Below, in pieces: positions 44,895 through 54,137 of a stretch of 64,000 nucleotides of DNA. Source of the DNA: a virus; IMG/VR virus record IMGVR_UViG_3300025634_000002, positions 6,973-70,972 of that record; one strand, given 5' to 3'. Below the pieces are notes generated by a model. It had not been told where the DNA came from, did not search any database, and saw nothing but the letters and a program-made list of their open reading frames with translations. Position numbers and translations under genes: made by a program. Within the stretch, counting starts at the first letter, position 1. The number at the start of each line of letters is the position of its first letter.

Positions 44895-45106
44895 TGCACT
44901 TTGTCGGCTTCAAAGACCCGCGCTACGCCAAGGATGAACGCTATTGGCGAGCGGCCCAGATTTTCGGTGAGCCCGATTTCATCCACCGGAACTGGGATGT
45001 GCGCGCCAAGCAAGAGGTCGTGCCGGGAGACGTAGCCGTCTTTGCGGCAGGCACCGAACGCGATGAGCCTTGGGCGAATGCCTTCGACGACAGTGCCCAT
45101 CTCTAG
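44891..45106 (+). CDS. conserved small phage protein
   Basis: HFVGF...A..IFGEPDFIHR.WD.RA..E...GD..VFA. Confidence 0.7.
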   Translation: MMHFVGFKDPRYAKDERYWRAAQIFGEPDFIHRNWDVRAKQEVVPGDVAVFAAGTERDEPWANAFDDSAHL

Positions 45107-45108
45107 AC

Positions 45109-45170
45109 CCGAACTTAGCTCATCAGGTTAGAGCGCTCGACACAACACTGAGGAAGTGGGTAAGGTTCAA
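45109..45170 (+). pseudogene. degenerate tRNA-like remnant
   Basis: TA-GCTC-ATCAGGTTA-GAGC D-arm and a weak anticodon arm; no proper T-arm or CCA. Confidence 0.4.
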
Positions 45171-45488
45171 CCGCTGGCCGCCGAGTGGAAGCAAGGCATC
45201 GTCCTAGACGGTTATTCCGGCAGGCCCGGGCGGCCAGCACAAGACCCCGGGCCATAGATGGCCACGGGGTCTAAGCTTTCGCAGAAGCAGTGTCAGTCGC
45301 CGCGCTGGGCGCTCTGAGATGGCGTGCGACCTGGAGCGGGGTTCGGCGCCGGATTTGGCTGCTTGGTCTGGTTCGGGTTCGGATTGGGAGTCGGCTGGGC
45401 CGGCTTCGGGTCCGGGCGAGTGTTGGCGTTCATGGTGGAGATCCTAAAGTTGGGGGTCTGGAAGAAACGCCATGCCCCTAGCTTTGGT

Positions 45489-45989
45489 TCACGCTGGCGG
45501 TTGCTTCGCCAATAGCGCAATGACGCCGACCACGAGTGCACCCCCTCCAACAACGGCCGCGATGACGGAAAAGATCAGCGCCCGGCTATCGCTGTGACCA
45601 ACGGTCTGCCCGTCGCGAAGTGTCACGCGGTCCTTTAGATCCCCGATCTTGTCGTCGGTCGTCTTGGTAAGGGTTTCAATGGTGGCGAGGACGCCGTCGA
45701 TCTGCTTGACGAAGTTGCTCTCGATCTTGTCGCTGCCCTCTTTCTGCGTCTTTAGCGCGGCATCGAGGGCGACCTTGTTGCCATCGAACTTAGAGTCGAG
45801 AAGCTCCCGAAGCGCCTTGAAATCGGCAGCAGTCAATTCCTTGAGCGCGGCGACCTCACCATGCACGTCTCGAGTCGTAGGAGCCTTGTCCGCGAATGCC
45901 TGCAGCAGCCGAACCGCTTCCTGCATGCCATCGAGGCGCTGGCTGAGCGTTTCTACAGTCGGAGTTTTAGATGCTGCTGACTCAGTCAT
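45489..45989 (-). CDS. coiled-coil protein with C-terminal TM helix
   Basis: Heptad pattern followed by a hydrophobic tail; lysis region. Confidence 0.6.
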   Translation of the reverse strand: MTESAASKTPTVETLSQRLDGMQEAVRLLQAFADKAPTTRDVHGEVAALKELTAADFKALRELLDSKFDGNKVALDAALKTQKEGSDKIESNFVKQIDGVLATIETLTKTTDDKIGDLKDRVTLRDGQTVGHSDSRALIFSVIAAVVGGGALVVGVIALLAKQPPA

Positions 45990-45990
45990 C

Positions 45991-46221
45991 TTAGTTTCCC
46001 ATCAACGCGGCAAAGACCTGAAAGATGGTTCCGATCGAAAAGAGTAGCACCCCAGAGCAACCAATCAAATCGCGCCGGTCGCCCTCGTTTGCCTCAGCCG
46101 CGGTGAGCGCGCGGTAGAGCTTGGGTAGCGGCGGGAGCGCCATGGGAAGCCCATACCGGGCCATCGTCAGGATGCCGAGATAGTCACCCACTAGTCCGGA
46201 GATTTGAAGGACGTGACCCAT
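45991..46221 (-). CDS. small membrane protein
   Basis: MGHVLQISG...; two hydrophobic segments. Confidence 0.5.
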   Translation of the reverse strand: MGHVLQISGLVGDYLGILTMARYGLPMALPPLPKLYRALTAAEANEGDRRDLIGCSGVLLFSIGTIFQVFAALMGN

Positions 46222-46244
46222 CGCTACCCCGTTGCGGCGGCTGT

Positions 46245-46628
46245 TTAGCGTCCCAGGCCCTTGCCGAGCCATGCCCAGAAGCCGGCGCCGATGATCGCCA
46301 TAGCGATGCCGAGAACGGCGACCAGAACGATTCCGCCGACACGACGAGAGGCACCGTCCCAGTTGAGCCGCAGGCGCCGCAGGAAGCGGAAGTCCTCGCG
46401 CGATGCATCGACGTGATCGGGACCGTCAAGCCGCAAGCCGGCGTCGCCGAGTTCTTCTCTCAGTACCGTGCGCAATTGCTCCACCTGTTCGCTGGAAAAA
46501 CTCGAGCCGCTGGCGACGAGCGCCGTCAGCGACTTGGCGTGATCCCGAACGTCCCGCTCGATCACGGTGAGACGTTCTTCGACGGTGCTGCGCCGATGTT
46601 GTTCGTCGGGTGACGCGCCGCCGGTCAT
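46245..46628 (-). CDS. membrane-anchored protein of lysis region
   Basis: C-terminal TM VGGIVLVAVLGIAMAIIGAGFWAW. Confidence 0.6.
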   Translation of the reverse strand: MTGGASPDEQHRRSTVEERLTVIERDVRDHAKSLTALVASGSSFSSEQVEQLRTVLREELGDAGLRLDGPDHVDASREDFRFLRRLRLNWDGASRRVGGIVLVAVLGIAMAIIGAGFWAWLGKGLGR

Positions 46629-46794
46629 TTCTTGACGCTCCGTAATTCAGCGATGCCCCAATCGGACCATCCGGACGGGGCCTTGGTGAAGAAATCCGTG
46701 TCATAGGCGAGGTAGGCAAAGAGCAGAACCAGTGCGATCAGCCACAGGCCGAGAGTTCGTTTCGTTGCGCTCCATAGGGCGTGGAACATCAGGG

Positions 46795-47151
46795 TCATTG
46801 TGACGCCTTTAGCTGGCTGAACTTGGTCGCGGTATCGGTGAAGAACCCGACCATCGTGATCGCGATCAGGCCAGCGATAAAACCCGCCGTGGTGTCCTTT
46901 GCGTCAGGGTCGACGTGGATCAGGTCCAGCCCTCCACCGACGACCGTAAGCGCGAAGCCATGCAGGAACAGCGAGACCAACGAGCCGATGACAATCGAGG
47001 TTCCGATGTCGATCCCGAGCACGGTCAATGCCGGGCCAGCAATCGGCCAGGATGAGATCGCCTTGCGGAGCGCGACCAAGCCTCGCACTAGACCCCCAAG
47101 GGCCCCAGCTACAAGGAGCGCGACGGCGTCTGGTCCGAAGGAGGTGATCAT
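46795..47151 (-). CDS. putative holin
   Basis: Three TM segments, GALGGLVR motif. Confidence 0.6.
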   Translation of the reverse strand: MITSFGPDAVALLVAGALGGLVRGLVALRKAISSWPIAGPALTVLGIDIGTSIVIGSLVSLFLHGFALTVVGGGLDLIHVDPDAKDTTAGFIAGLIAITMVGFFTDTATKFSQLKASQ

Positions 47152-47387
47152 GGCGCCTTGTCACACAAAGTGTGCCAGACGCGGTTCGCGGCCCGAACTT
47201 GGGTCTGTGTCTCCGGGGTATCGTTCTTCGAGTAGTGGATGATCTGGAACGCCGAACATGACGTGTCCAGAAATCTAGTCGCGCTGATCGGGGTCGCGCA
47301 CGCTGCCACCGGCATAAGGGTCAGGAGCAGCCCTAGCAGCTTCAGCAGCCGCGATGCGCTTGGCCTGTTCAGCGTTAGCTTCGGCAT
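47148..47387 (-). CDS. putative o-spanin (Rz1-like lipoprotein)
   Basis: Lipobox-like VAAC, DTSC..F..I.YS..DT.ET..QV.A.N..W..LC; overlaps the i-spanin candidate. Confidence 0.7.
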   Translation of the reverse strand: MPKLTLNRPSASRLLKLLGLLLTLMPVAACATPISATRFLDTSCSAFQIIHYSKNDTPETQTQVRAANRVWHTLCDKAP

Positions 47388-47490
47388 CGGCGGCCGCCTT
47401 TCCTTCTTGGTACCAGGTCTGCTGCTCGAGATACGCCATCACCGCGAGGATCAGCTTGACCAGAGCGATGGAGAACTGGATGTTCCCCAT
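47275..47490 (-). CDS. putative i-spanin (Rz-like)
   Basis: N-terminal TM, Ala-rich helix, DP.QRD end. Confidence 0.55.
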   Translation of the reverse strand: MGNIQFSIALVKLILAVMAYLEQQTWYQEGKAAADAEANAEQAKRIAAAEAARAAPDPYAGGSVRDPDQRD

Positions 47491-48107
47491 CAGGCGACGG
47501 GCGCGGCCGGAACAGCTGCGACAATCGTGGAGGCAGCCGCCGTCGGTGCCGGAGTGCCGGCATTTGCCGCACCGACCGCGCCGGTGGTGATCTGCGTGGA
47601 GGTCGAACTGCCTGCGACCTGGGCATTATCCGGGAGCAGGTCACCGATGCGCGCGATGATCTTCTGCGCGATCATGGCCTCGCCGCCGAGCCACGTGATC
47701 AGCCATGCCGGTCCGTGATCGACGACATACTGCACGGCCTGAGCGACAACAGAATTGCCGACGCTGACGGTCCAGATTTTGTCCTTGGTCGCCCCAGCAA
47801 CGGAAGCGATCGCCCAATCGACGGCCTTCTCGAGCAGCTGTTCGGCCTGCGCGGTGATCCCGGCCGTCACGTAAGTGCGGATGCCGGCGGGCAGGTTGCG
47901 GAGCGCGAAGGCGACAACGCCCGCCACGATGGCGTAGAGCGCGTCCTGGATCAGCGGGGCGACCTGCGTCACCCAGTCACCTACCGGAACGGCGACCGTG
48001 TCGGGGGGGATCGACGAACTCGCGATGACGAACTGCGCCAGCGACGGGGCGGTGAAAAGAGCGAGGATGGACACGGCGGCAACGATGCGGGCGAGAGCGC
48101 GGATCAT
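47490..48107 (-). CDS. membrane protein with signal peptide (holin-like)
   Basis: MIRALARIVAAVSILALFTAPSLA, one TM, AV.YV..H.P. Confidence 0.55.
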   Translation of the reverse strand: MIRALARIVAAVSILALFTAPSLAQFVIASSSIPPDTVAVPVGDWVTQVAPLIQDALYAIVAGVVAFALRNLPAGIRTYVTAGITAQAEQLLEKAVDWAIASVAGATKDKIWTVSVGNSVVAQAVQYVVDHGPAWLITWLGGEAMIAQKIIARIGDLLPDNAQVAGSSTSTQITTGAVGAANAGTPAPTAAASTIVAAVPAAPVA

Positions 48108-48191
48108 GGGCGACCTTTCTTTCGGTTCAAAGACTAGCGGCACGGTATGCCCCGAAGGACATTCGTGCAATCGGTGAGGAACAGGATTTTA

Positions 48192-48380
48192 CTAGAAGAT
48201 GATGAGCAGAACTCCGCCCAAGGCGACAGCAATGCTGGCGATGAGCGACATGATAGCTGAAGCGTCCCACGGGATGTCGTTGGACCACGGGTAAAGGGCT
48301 GCTTTGATGGCCCACACGATGCCGAAGACGATCATGAGCCCGGCGAGGACGAGCTTTGCCCAGAACGCAACGGGGTCCAT
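48192..48380 (-). CDS. small two-TM protein
   Basis: MDPVAFWAKLVLAG... Confidence 0.5.
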   Translation of the reverse strand: MDPVAFWAKLVLAGLMIVFGIVWAIKAALYPWSNDIPWDASAIMSLIASIAVALGGVLLIIF

Positions 48381-48712
48381 CAGATCACCTGCCCGTTTGT
48401 GATGATGCCATGCCAATGGCCGGACGCACTCGCATCGATACTCGGCGTCACGCTCAAAGTCGAAAAGTCATCGCCGTCGACTGTCCAAGGAAACATTTGC
48501 TTAGCTGGAACGATGTCCCCATGCGAGTCCGGGTGCAGCTGGGCAAGCGCCTCAAACTGATCGCTGTGCTTGAGTGGCCGCGTCGTCACGGCCAGCCGCG
48601 TCTGCCGGCAGTGCGGGCAAAGAAAGGTGAAGCCAGCCCGTGATTTCTTGTCGTAGTAAAGCGGGCGGTCATAGGCTTCAAACCATCTTGGGTCCAGATC
48701 GATGAGGCGCAT
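48380..48712 (-). CDS. DUF6527-like protein (paralog 2)
   Basis: Highly similar to 21505-21855. Confidence 0.7.
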   Translation of the reverse strand: MRLIDLDPRWFEAYDRPLYYDKKSRAGFTFLCPHCRQTRLAVTTRPLKHSDQFEALAQLHPDSHGDIVPAKQMFPWTVDGDDFSTLSVTPSIDASASGHWHGIITNGQVI

Positions 48713-49243
48713 TCACGCCGCAAGCGCGCGACTTAGCGTTGCCTCCACGGCCTCTGGCTGGACCAGTGCATGGTTGAGCGCGTCGCCTGCATAGTAGCTC
48801 TGGCCGCGGGCAAGCATTAGGTGAGCTCCTTGTGTCGGCGCGAGGACTGGCAATGATGCCCATTCTTCGGCGAGCGACTTGCCGAAGGCGAGCGTAGTAA
48901 GCGTTCGCGCCTTGAAGGCTGCATAGCCGCGCCGCTGGAGCAGCCAGAAGCCGACGGCGTCCTGCACGTCGGGCGAGAACAGCGTCGTGCCGGGAAGATG
49001 TAGCCCCGTCATCGCCTCGGTGAGGGTCGGCTGCATCACCTGGTAGCGTCCAGCTGCGTTCGACCCCCATTGCCGTCCCCAGCCGATCTGCGCCGAGAGC
49101 AGATCGTGCAGCGTCATGGCGGTGATCGGCTTCGGCAGGCCGCGGTCGTGGTCGCCGAACAGCACCGTGTAGCTGCCGCGGCTCTCCGGGCCCGAGATAA
49201 AATCGAGCAGGATCGCGGCACCGGTTGGAACTGATGGATTCAT
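48713..49243 (-). CDS. endolysin (lambda-R/GH104-like lysozyme fold)
   Basis: LLDFI...ES.G.Y, NAAGRYQ, FSPDVQD, LAEEWASLP. Confidence 0.85.
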   Translation of the reverse strand: MNPSVPTGAAILLDFISGPESRGSYTVLFGDHDRGLPKPITAMTLHDLLSAQIGWGRQWGSNAAGRYQVMQPTLTEAMTGLHLPGTTLFSPDVQDAVGFWLLQRRGYAAFKARTLTTLAFGKSLAEEWASLPVLAPTQGAHLMLARGQSYYAGDALNHALVQPEAVEATLSRALAA

Positions 49244-49253
49244 TTCCGGACCC

Positions 49254-49484
49254 TCATGGTTGTGACGATGCCGACAGCGCGGCGATCTTGGCTTCAACGA
49301 CCGCGATCTGCCCTCGTATCGCTGCAAGCTCAGCCGCCTTGATCGAGGCCGGAGCGGTGTGCTGCTCGATCGTCGCCTCGTCCACATGGAGTCGGGTCAA
49401 GATGGCCTGGTCGTCGGATAGTTCGTCGGCAAAAGCCGGCGTCGTGATCAGCAGCGCAGCGACAAAGAAGATCGTTCTGGTCAA
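49254..49484 (-). CDS. small secreted protein
   Basis: MTRTIFFVAALLITTPAFA signal peptide. Confidence 0.55.
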   Translation of the reverse strand: MTRTIFFVAALLITTPAFADELSDDQAILTRLHVDEATIEQHTAPASIKAAELAAIRGQIAVVEAKIAALSASSQP

Positions 49485-51349
49485 TTGTACTGCCCTCCTG
49501 TGGCCGTGACGCCCGGGGTGCTGCCGGGCAAATAAGTGGGGCCACCGCCGCTGGTGTCGATTACCGAATTTAGATCGGCAAAATAGTAGTCCCCGGTAGC
49601 TGGCCCAGAGAACGTTATGTCGCTCGGCGTATTAATCAGCGCCAGGTCCAGCGCTACAGCAAAAGCAGTACCGAAAGCCGGCGTCCCAATTAGAGTGATC
49701 GTCTCGCCGCTCAACTGGGATGCGTCGATCACACCCTGATCGATCGCGAACCAGTGATCCAATGGGTTACCGGCGATAGAGTACGGGTCATTCAGGGTGA
49801 CAGTGCCACCAACCGCACCAATGTCCTCGGCCGTTAGGCCGGCGCCGAAAGCGACATTGTAGAGCTGGATCGTTGCGTAGCTCCCCGCTAGTACGCCGAT
49901 GATGCCGCTGTTGAATGTGATACCATCGAGGCCGATCTGCGAGGTCGCAGCCGTTGCAGTGAAACACGACGTAGCGGCATTTAAACGAACATTAGACGGC
50001 GTCCCGACGTTGCCCTTCAATTCGGGCAGGGCATCCACACCGTTGGTCTCGATAGGGCTCCTTGTCCCGGTAATCCTCAGGTTTTCGTTATAGTCCCCGT
50101 CTGCTAACTGCACGACAAACTGATGGTCGTTCGCATCTACCGATTGCATCAGGTCCAGTCCGTGCTGGGCGGTCAGGCAAGCATGGGCAATGGAGTTTGC
50201 CGAGCAATCATTAGCGTCGTTGCCGGTCTGGCCGGTCTGCGTCCCCGATTGAGAGCCCGACGTGTTGACCGCGCTGCCACCATCGGTTGCAGAAAACTCG
50301 AAAGCGTTCGCGGTCAGGCCAGTCGCGATGACGAAATAGATTTGTCCAGCAACGACACCGGTCGGGAGTGCTCCGGTAGTCGAGAACACCACCGGGCTAT
50401 GGTTGCTCAAACCGTGAGCTGTCCACGTCACTACAGCCGGCGAAGCGATAGTCATGGTCACCGTGGCCGGGACGGTCCTGATGTAGATGGTCGTGTCGCC
50501 GGACAGAGCGGGGACACCGCAGGCGCCCCCTGAATCCACGTAGTTTCCGTTGCCGTCGAGATCGACGCAATGCCCGCTGGTCAGCGATCCGGTGGAGCTC
50601 GCGAAGACGGTCGTGTTGCCGCTGCGCGACCCTACAGCGAATGCAGACGTACCGTTCCCGAGCAGGGGCGCGTTTGCGGTGAAAGTCCCCGCACCGCTCC
50701 CGCCAGAAGGCACGCCCATCGGGGTCGTCGCGGACAGCGTGGTAAAGGCACCGGCGGCCTTGGTGGTCCCGCCAATGGCCGTGCCATCGATCGTGCCGCC
50801 AGTGGCCGCAATCGCGTTGGCGTTCTGGGTGGACAGCGTACCGAGGCCCATCGCCGTCGCCAGGCACGTCAGGGTGGTGCAGTTCGTGCCACCGTTCGCA
50901 ACCGACACCGGCGTCGATAGGGAGATCGCGCAACTGGACGTCGTACATGGCGACGGGGAGCTTATTAGCCCAGTGCCGGGGGTAATCGTCTGGTTGGCGC
51001 CGGCCGCACCGAAGGGACCAGTCGTTACTCCATTGATTTGGGCGAACACACCGGCCGTGGTGGTCCACAGATCACCGTCAGTCGGGGAGGTCGGCGCGAC
51101 GCCGGGCGCGACGTTGATCCCCGCCGTGCCAGTAGTAGACGGCGTGATGCCAAGCCGCCCCGACATGTTGCCGCCAGCCGAGTTCAGCGGGACATAGCCG
51201 AGCACGTCGTTTTTGGATGACCACGCCGACGCCCATTGTCCGGCCGTAGGTACGTCGCCATAGTTGAAACCAGGCGGCACGCTCTGCGCATAAGCGGGCA
51301 GGCACGTCAGCGCGAGAAGCGCCAGAACTCGAAGGATGTTCTTGAGCAT
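49481..51349 (-). CDS. tail fibre/spike-like protein with N-terminal signal peptide
   Basis: Start trimmed to MLKNIL (RBS GAGGTGA); Gly/Thr-rich repeats (SVANGGT, GV.SGGSGA), beta-helix-like C-terminus. Confidence 0.75.
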   Translation of the reverse strand: MLKNILRVLALLALTCLPAYAQSVPPGFNYGDVPTAGQWASAWSSKNDVLGYVPLNSAGGNMSGRLGITPSTTGTAGINVAPGVAPTSPTDGDLWTTTAGVFAQINGVTTGPFGAAGANQTITPGTGLISSPSPCTTSSCAISLSTPVSVANGGTNCTTLTCLATAMGLGTLSTQNANAIAATGGTIDGTAIGGTTKAAGAFTTLSATTPMGVPSGGSGAGTFTANAPLLGNGTSAFAVGSRSGNTTVFASSTGSLTSGHCVDLDGNGNYVDSGGACGVPALSGDTTIYIRTVPATVTMTIASPAVVTWTAHGLSNHSPVVFSTTGALPTGVVAGQIYFVIATGLTANAFEFSATDGGSAVNTSGSQSGTQTGQTGNDANDCSANSIAHACLTAQHGLDLMQSVDANDHQFVVQLADGDYNENLRITGTRSPIETNGVDALPELKGNVGTPSNVRLNAATSCFTATAATSQIGLDGITFNSGIIGVLAGSYATIQLYNVAFGAGLTAEDIGAVGGTVTLNDPYSIAGNPLDHWFAIDQGVIDASQLSGETITLIGTPAFGTAFAVALDLALINTPSDITFSGPATGDYYFADLNSVIDTSGGGPTYLPGSTPGVTATGGQYN

Positions 51350-51359
51350 GACCGTCACC

Positions 51360-52727
51360 TCAATACTGGCCTCGGGGGTCAACCCAGCCGAGCGTGATGA
51401 CATCGTCGTGCGAGCCGCCGCCGCCCGAAGAGGTGGGTACCGCATATTGAATCTGTGCGCTCGTGTTCGTGAACTGGAGGACGCGGCCCGACGTGTAGCC
51501 AATCCCACCTGGCGTGCCCGCAAACTCGGCGGCGACGCTCGTGTTCACCCCGTCATAGAAGAATTGATCGAACGTCTGACTGCCGCTGGCCTGATAGGCA
51601 GCCTGCATGATGGCCTGCACCCGAATGCCCGATGGCACGGTGAGGCCCAGAGCCGCTTTCGCCCGCGTCCCCGAAGCGCTGTAGTCCTGCGGCGGTGAAC
51701 TGGTGTTCCAGTAGAAACTGTTGCCATCCTGCACGAACGGACGGATCGAACCGCCAGCGACAATCACCGCCCCGACGCGACGATAGTTGGTGAACCCGGA
51801 GGGGTGATCCGAGGCGGTAAGGCTGGTCGAGAATCCCGCATCCGAAACACCTGTGGTCGGGTTCTCGATCAGGAACTCGTAGTAGGTCGTGTTGGTCATC
51901 GACCCGGAAAACAACCCGCCTGCGTTGCTTCCCGCCGTCCACGCATTGTTGAGCTGCTTGACCAGCGAACTGCCAAGCGTGATGTACAGCAGATTAGCGC
52001 TATCGGTCGCCGTCCCGGCCGCGAAGTCGATACTATGCGCTGCGTCCCCCGCGTCATTGGAGGTCGTCAGCCCATAGATTGATCCCGGGGCCGGGGCGGT
52101 GGGCACCGATACCGTCCCGCTGTTGTGACCGATGACGATCTGGCCCTGCGTCGTGGCCCATTCGATCCTGCCTTCGGCAGTCGGGGTCGGGGACGCCCCT
52201 TGCTGCAGTGTCAGCAGCGGCTGGGTGAGCGTGGTATTGGTGAGGGTCGACCCGTCCGTCAGGGCCAACTGCTTCCAGTTCGCGCCGGCCGAATCCGGGT
52301 TAGACGTGTTGTTGTCGACCAGGTTCAGCCAAACAACGCCCGGCGACGCACCAGCGAGGACGGCGCCTTGCGGATAACCGCCGATGGCGCCAGAGAACGT
52401 CCCGTCATAGACCGGAAGGCCCCCGGCGCCCTGCCAGCGCGACCATGCCGTGATCTGCTTCAGGATGCCGTTGAAGTCCTGGCCGAAGGGTGGGACGCCC
52501 CCTGATCCTACCGGCACAAAGGTGAGCGGCGGAAACCCATCGGTGAGCGATGCCGCGCCGTTCTGCACCCCGATCTGGGACGGAGTCGGAATCGCGCGGA
52601 TATAGCCGCCGCCAGCACTGTTGCCCCATGGGATCGAGAACTTGGTGGGAATGGAGGCCGCCGTCATCGCTATCGCAGGCGTAGCGAGAAGCAGAGCGGC
52701 AAACATGGCGGCGAGGCGCTTAAGCAT
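51360..52727 (-). CDS. baseplate-attached tail fibre protein with N-terminal signal peptide
   Basis: ASLTDGFPPLT...GGVPPFGQDFNGIL..IT, FS.AIGGYP.GA fibre N-terminal domain; follows DUF2612. Confidence 0.8.
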   Translation of the reverse strand: MLKRLAAMFAALLLATPAIAMTAASIPTKFSIPWGNSAGGGYIRAIPTPSQIGVQNGAASLTDGFPPLTFVPVGSGGVPPFGQDFNGILKQITAWSRWQGAGGLPVYDGTFSGAIGGYPQGAVLAGASPGVVWLNLVDNNTSNPDSAGANWKQLALTDGSTLTNTTLTQPLLTLQQGASPTPTAEGRIEWATTQGQIVIGHNSGTVSVPTAPAPGSIYGLTTSNDAGDAAHSIDFAAGTATDSANLLYITLGSSLVKQLNNAWTAGSNAGGLFSGSMTNTTYYEFLIENPTTGVSDAGFSTSLTASDHPSGFTNYRRVGAVIVAGGSIRPFVQDGNSFYWNTSSPPQDYSASGTRAKAALGLTVPSGIRVQAIMQAAYQASGSQTFDQFFYDGVNTSVAAEFAGTPGGIGYTSGRVLQFTNTSAQIQYAVPTSSGGGGSHDDVITLGWVDPRGQY

Positions 52728-52740
52728 GGTCATTTCCCTT

Positions 52741-53490
52741 TTAGAGGCTCGAGACGTGGGCGAGGACGCCAACGGGTTTCGGTAGCACCCCAGATTGCTC
52801 GACGATAGCAAGCTCGACCGGAGTCAAAGCGAACTGGAAGACATAGGTCATTACCATTGTCGGGAGATCGGCGCCCGAGTAGAACGGCGATTGGTTGAAG
52901 CCGGCCTCGTTACCGGCCTCTTGGAACCCGAAAGCATCGACGACCCCAGCTCCGTCCTGGACGTAGGCATTGCCGCGACCCGGGAACAGGGCCATCAGGA
53001 TTCGGTTAATCGCGGGGATGGACCCGTTGGTGATATTGGCCGCGGCCTTGGCCATGATCAGGAGACGGTAGGCGTCGTCGGACAGGGCGTAGTTGCTAGT
53101 GACCGGAACGCCTGAGTAAAACGATCCCTGACCGAAGGGAGCCGAACCGGGGGACGCCTCGTTGAACCCGAATGGCGTATTCCCTGCGTCCGCGATTTGT
53201 AGGACGCGGCTGACCCCCACGATGCGGCCCCATCGATCTAGACCAACGCCGACCGCAGTCGATACATTGAAAATTGCGTCATAAAATGCATCTAGATTTT
53301 GTGTTTGATCTAGATATTCGAATATATTAAGTATTAATTGGGTTAGTATCGGACTATTTGCATATTGTGCAATTATCGTTGAATATACTGAGAAGTCAGG
53401 GATGGTCCCAATTTGACTGGAGCCAATGGTAAAAAGTCCAATGGCGTTCGAACCAGGAGCCGGATTCGGAGGGTACGGCGGACCAGACAT
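52741..53490 (-). CDS. baseplate protein DUF2612
   Basis: QYANSP, TA.G.GLD.WGRIVG, L.DDAYR.LI.AKA..NI, LPKP.GV. Confidence 0.85.
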   Translation of the reverse strand: MSGPPYPPNPAPGSNAIGLFTIGSSQIGTIPDFSVYSTIIAQYANSPILTQLILNIFEYLDQTQNLDAFYDAIFNVSTAVGVGLDRWGRIVGVSRVLQIADAGNTPFGFNEASPGSAPFGQGSFYSGVPVTSNYALSDDAYRLLIMAKAAANITNGSIPAINRILMALFPGRGNAYVQDGAGVVDAFGFQEAGNEAGFNQSPFYSGADLPTMVMTYVFQFALTPVELAIVEQSGVLPKPVGVLAHVSSL

Positions 53491-54054
53491 TTATTCCCTC
53501 GGAACCGGCTGAAACGAATGCAGTCTCAGTTTAGCGTCAAGATAAGCCTTATGGGCGTCCTCGGCTCTTTCGAACAGTCCCAATGATGACCTCTTGCCAG
53601 CGTGGTTGATGTAGGCCACCCATTTATGGACTTGTCCATGCCATGAAACACCGGTGAACCCGCTGGTGTTGTCTGCCCTAGTTTTCATGTTCTGATGATT
53701 TTGAGCGTTGGTCGCTTCTCGTAGGTTACTAAAGTTGTTCTTAGATCGAACACCGTTTCTATGATCAAGTTGATCATCTGGCCATTTACCAGTGACCATT
53801 AGCCATATGACATGATGTGCTCGATACTGGACATACTCGATGCAGACCATGCGATACCCTGATGGCTTGACCCATCCGGCGTCTTTTCCAGAGAATCTCG
53901 TATTCCAGCTTAAGCATTCCTGAGCCGCTGTTCGGCGGCTGTTGTCCTTGAACATGTCCGGCGTCCGCGGCTTCCATGTCAGGACTCCGGTCTTCGGATC
54001 ATAGTCGAACAATTGCCGCGCATAGTCGGCGGTGATATCGGTGCGCTTAGTCAT
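53491..54054 (-). CDS. HNH-AP2 homing endonuclease
   Basis: FDYDPKTG, AHH.IW...G.WP, DHRNGVRS.N..SNLREAT, NTSGFTGVSW, LG.F...A. Confidence 0.9.
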   Translation of the reverse strand: MTKRTDITADYARQLFDYDPKTGVLTWKPRTPDMFKDNSRRTAAQECLSWNTRFSGKDAGWVKPSGYRMVCIEYVQYRAHHVIWLMVTGKWPDDQLDHRNGVRSKNNFSNLREATNAQNHQNMKTRADNTSGFTGVSWHGQVHKWVAYINHAGKRSSLGLFERAEDAHKAYLDAKLRLHSFQPVPRE

Positions 54055-54137
54055 GGTCCGGCTCCTGCGGATTGTGGTCAGAGACCGTCAGTTCCTCGCG
54101 GGAATTGGCGGTCTCGTTTTATAGCACAAACCGAGAG

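Noticed and set aside
45173-45240. SRP 4.5S RNA resemblance (GGAAGCA)
   Set aside because: Lacks the CAGG..GNRA..AGCA symmetric loop arrangement
45293-45432. Pro-Asn repeat (CCGAAC-type) as a repeat array or CRISPR
   Set aside because: Short imperfect coding-type repeats with no spacers; at most a small low-complexity peptide
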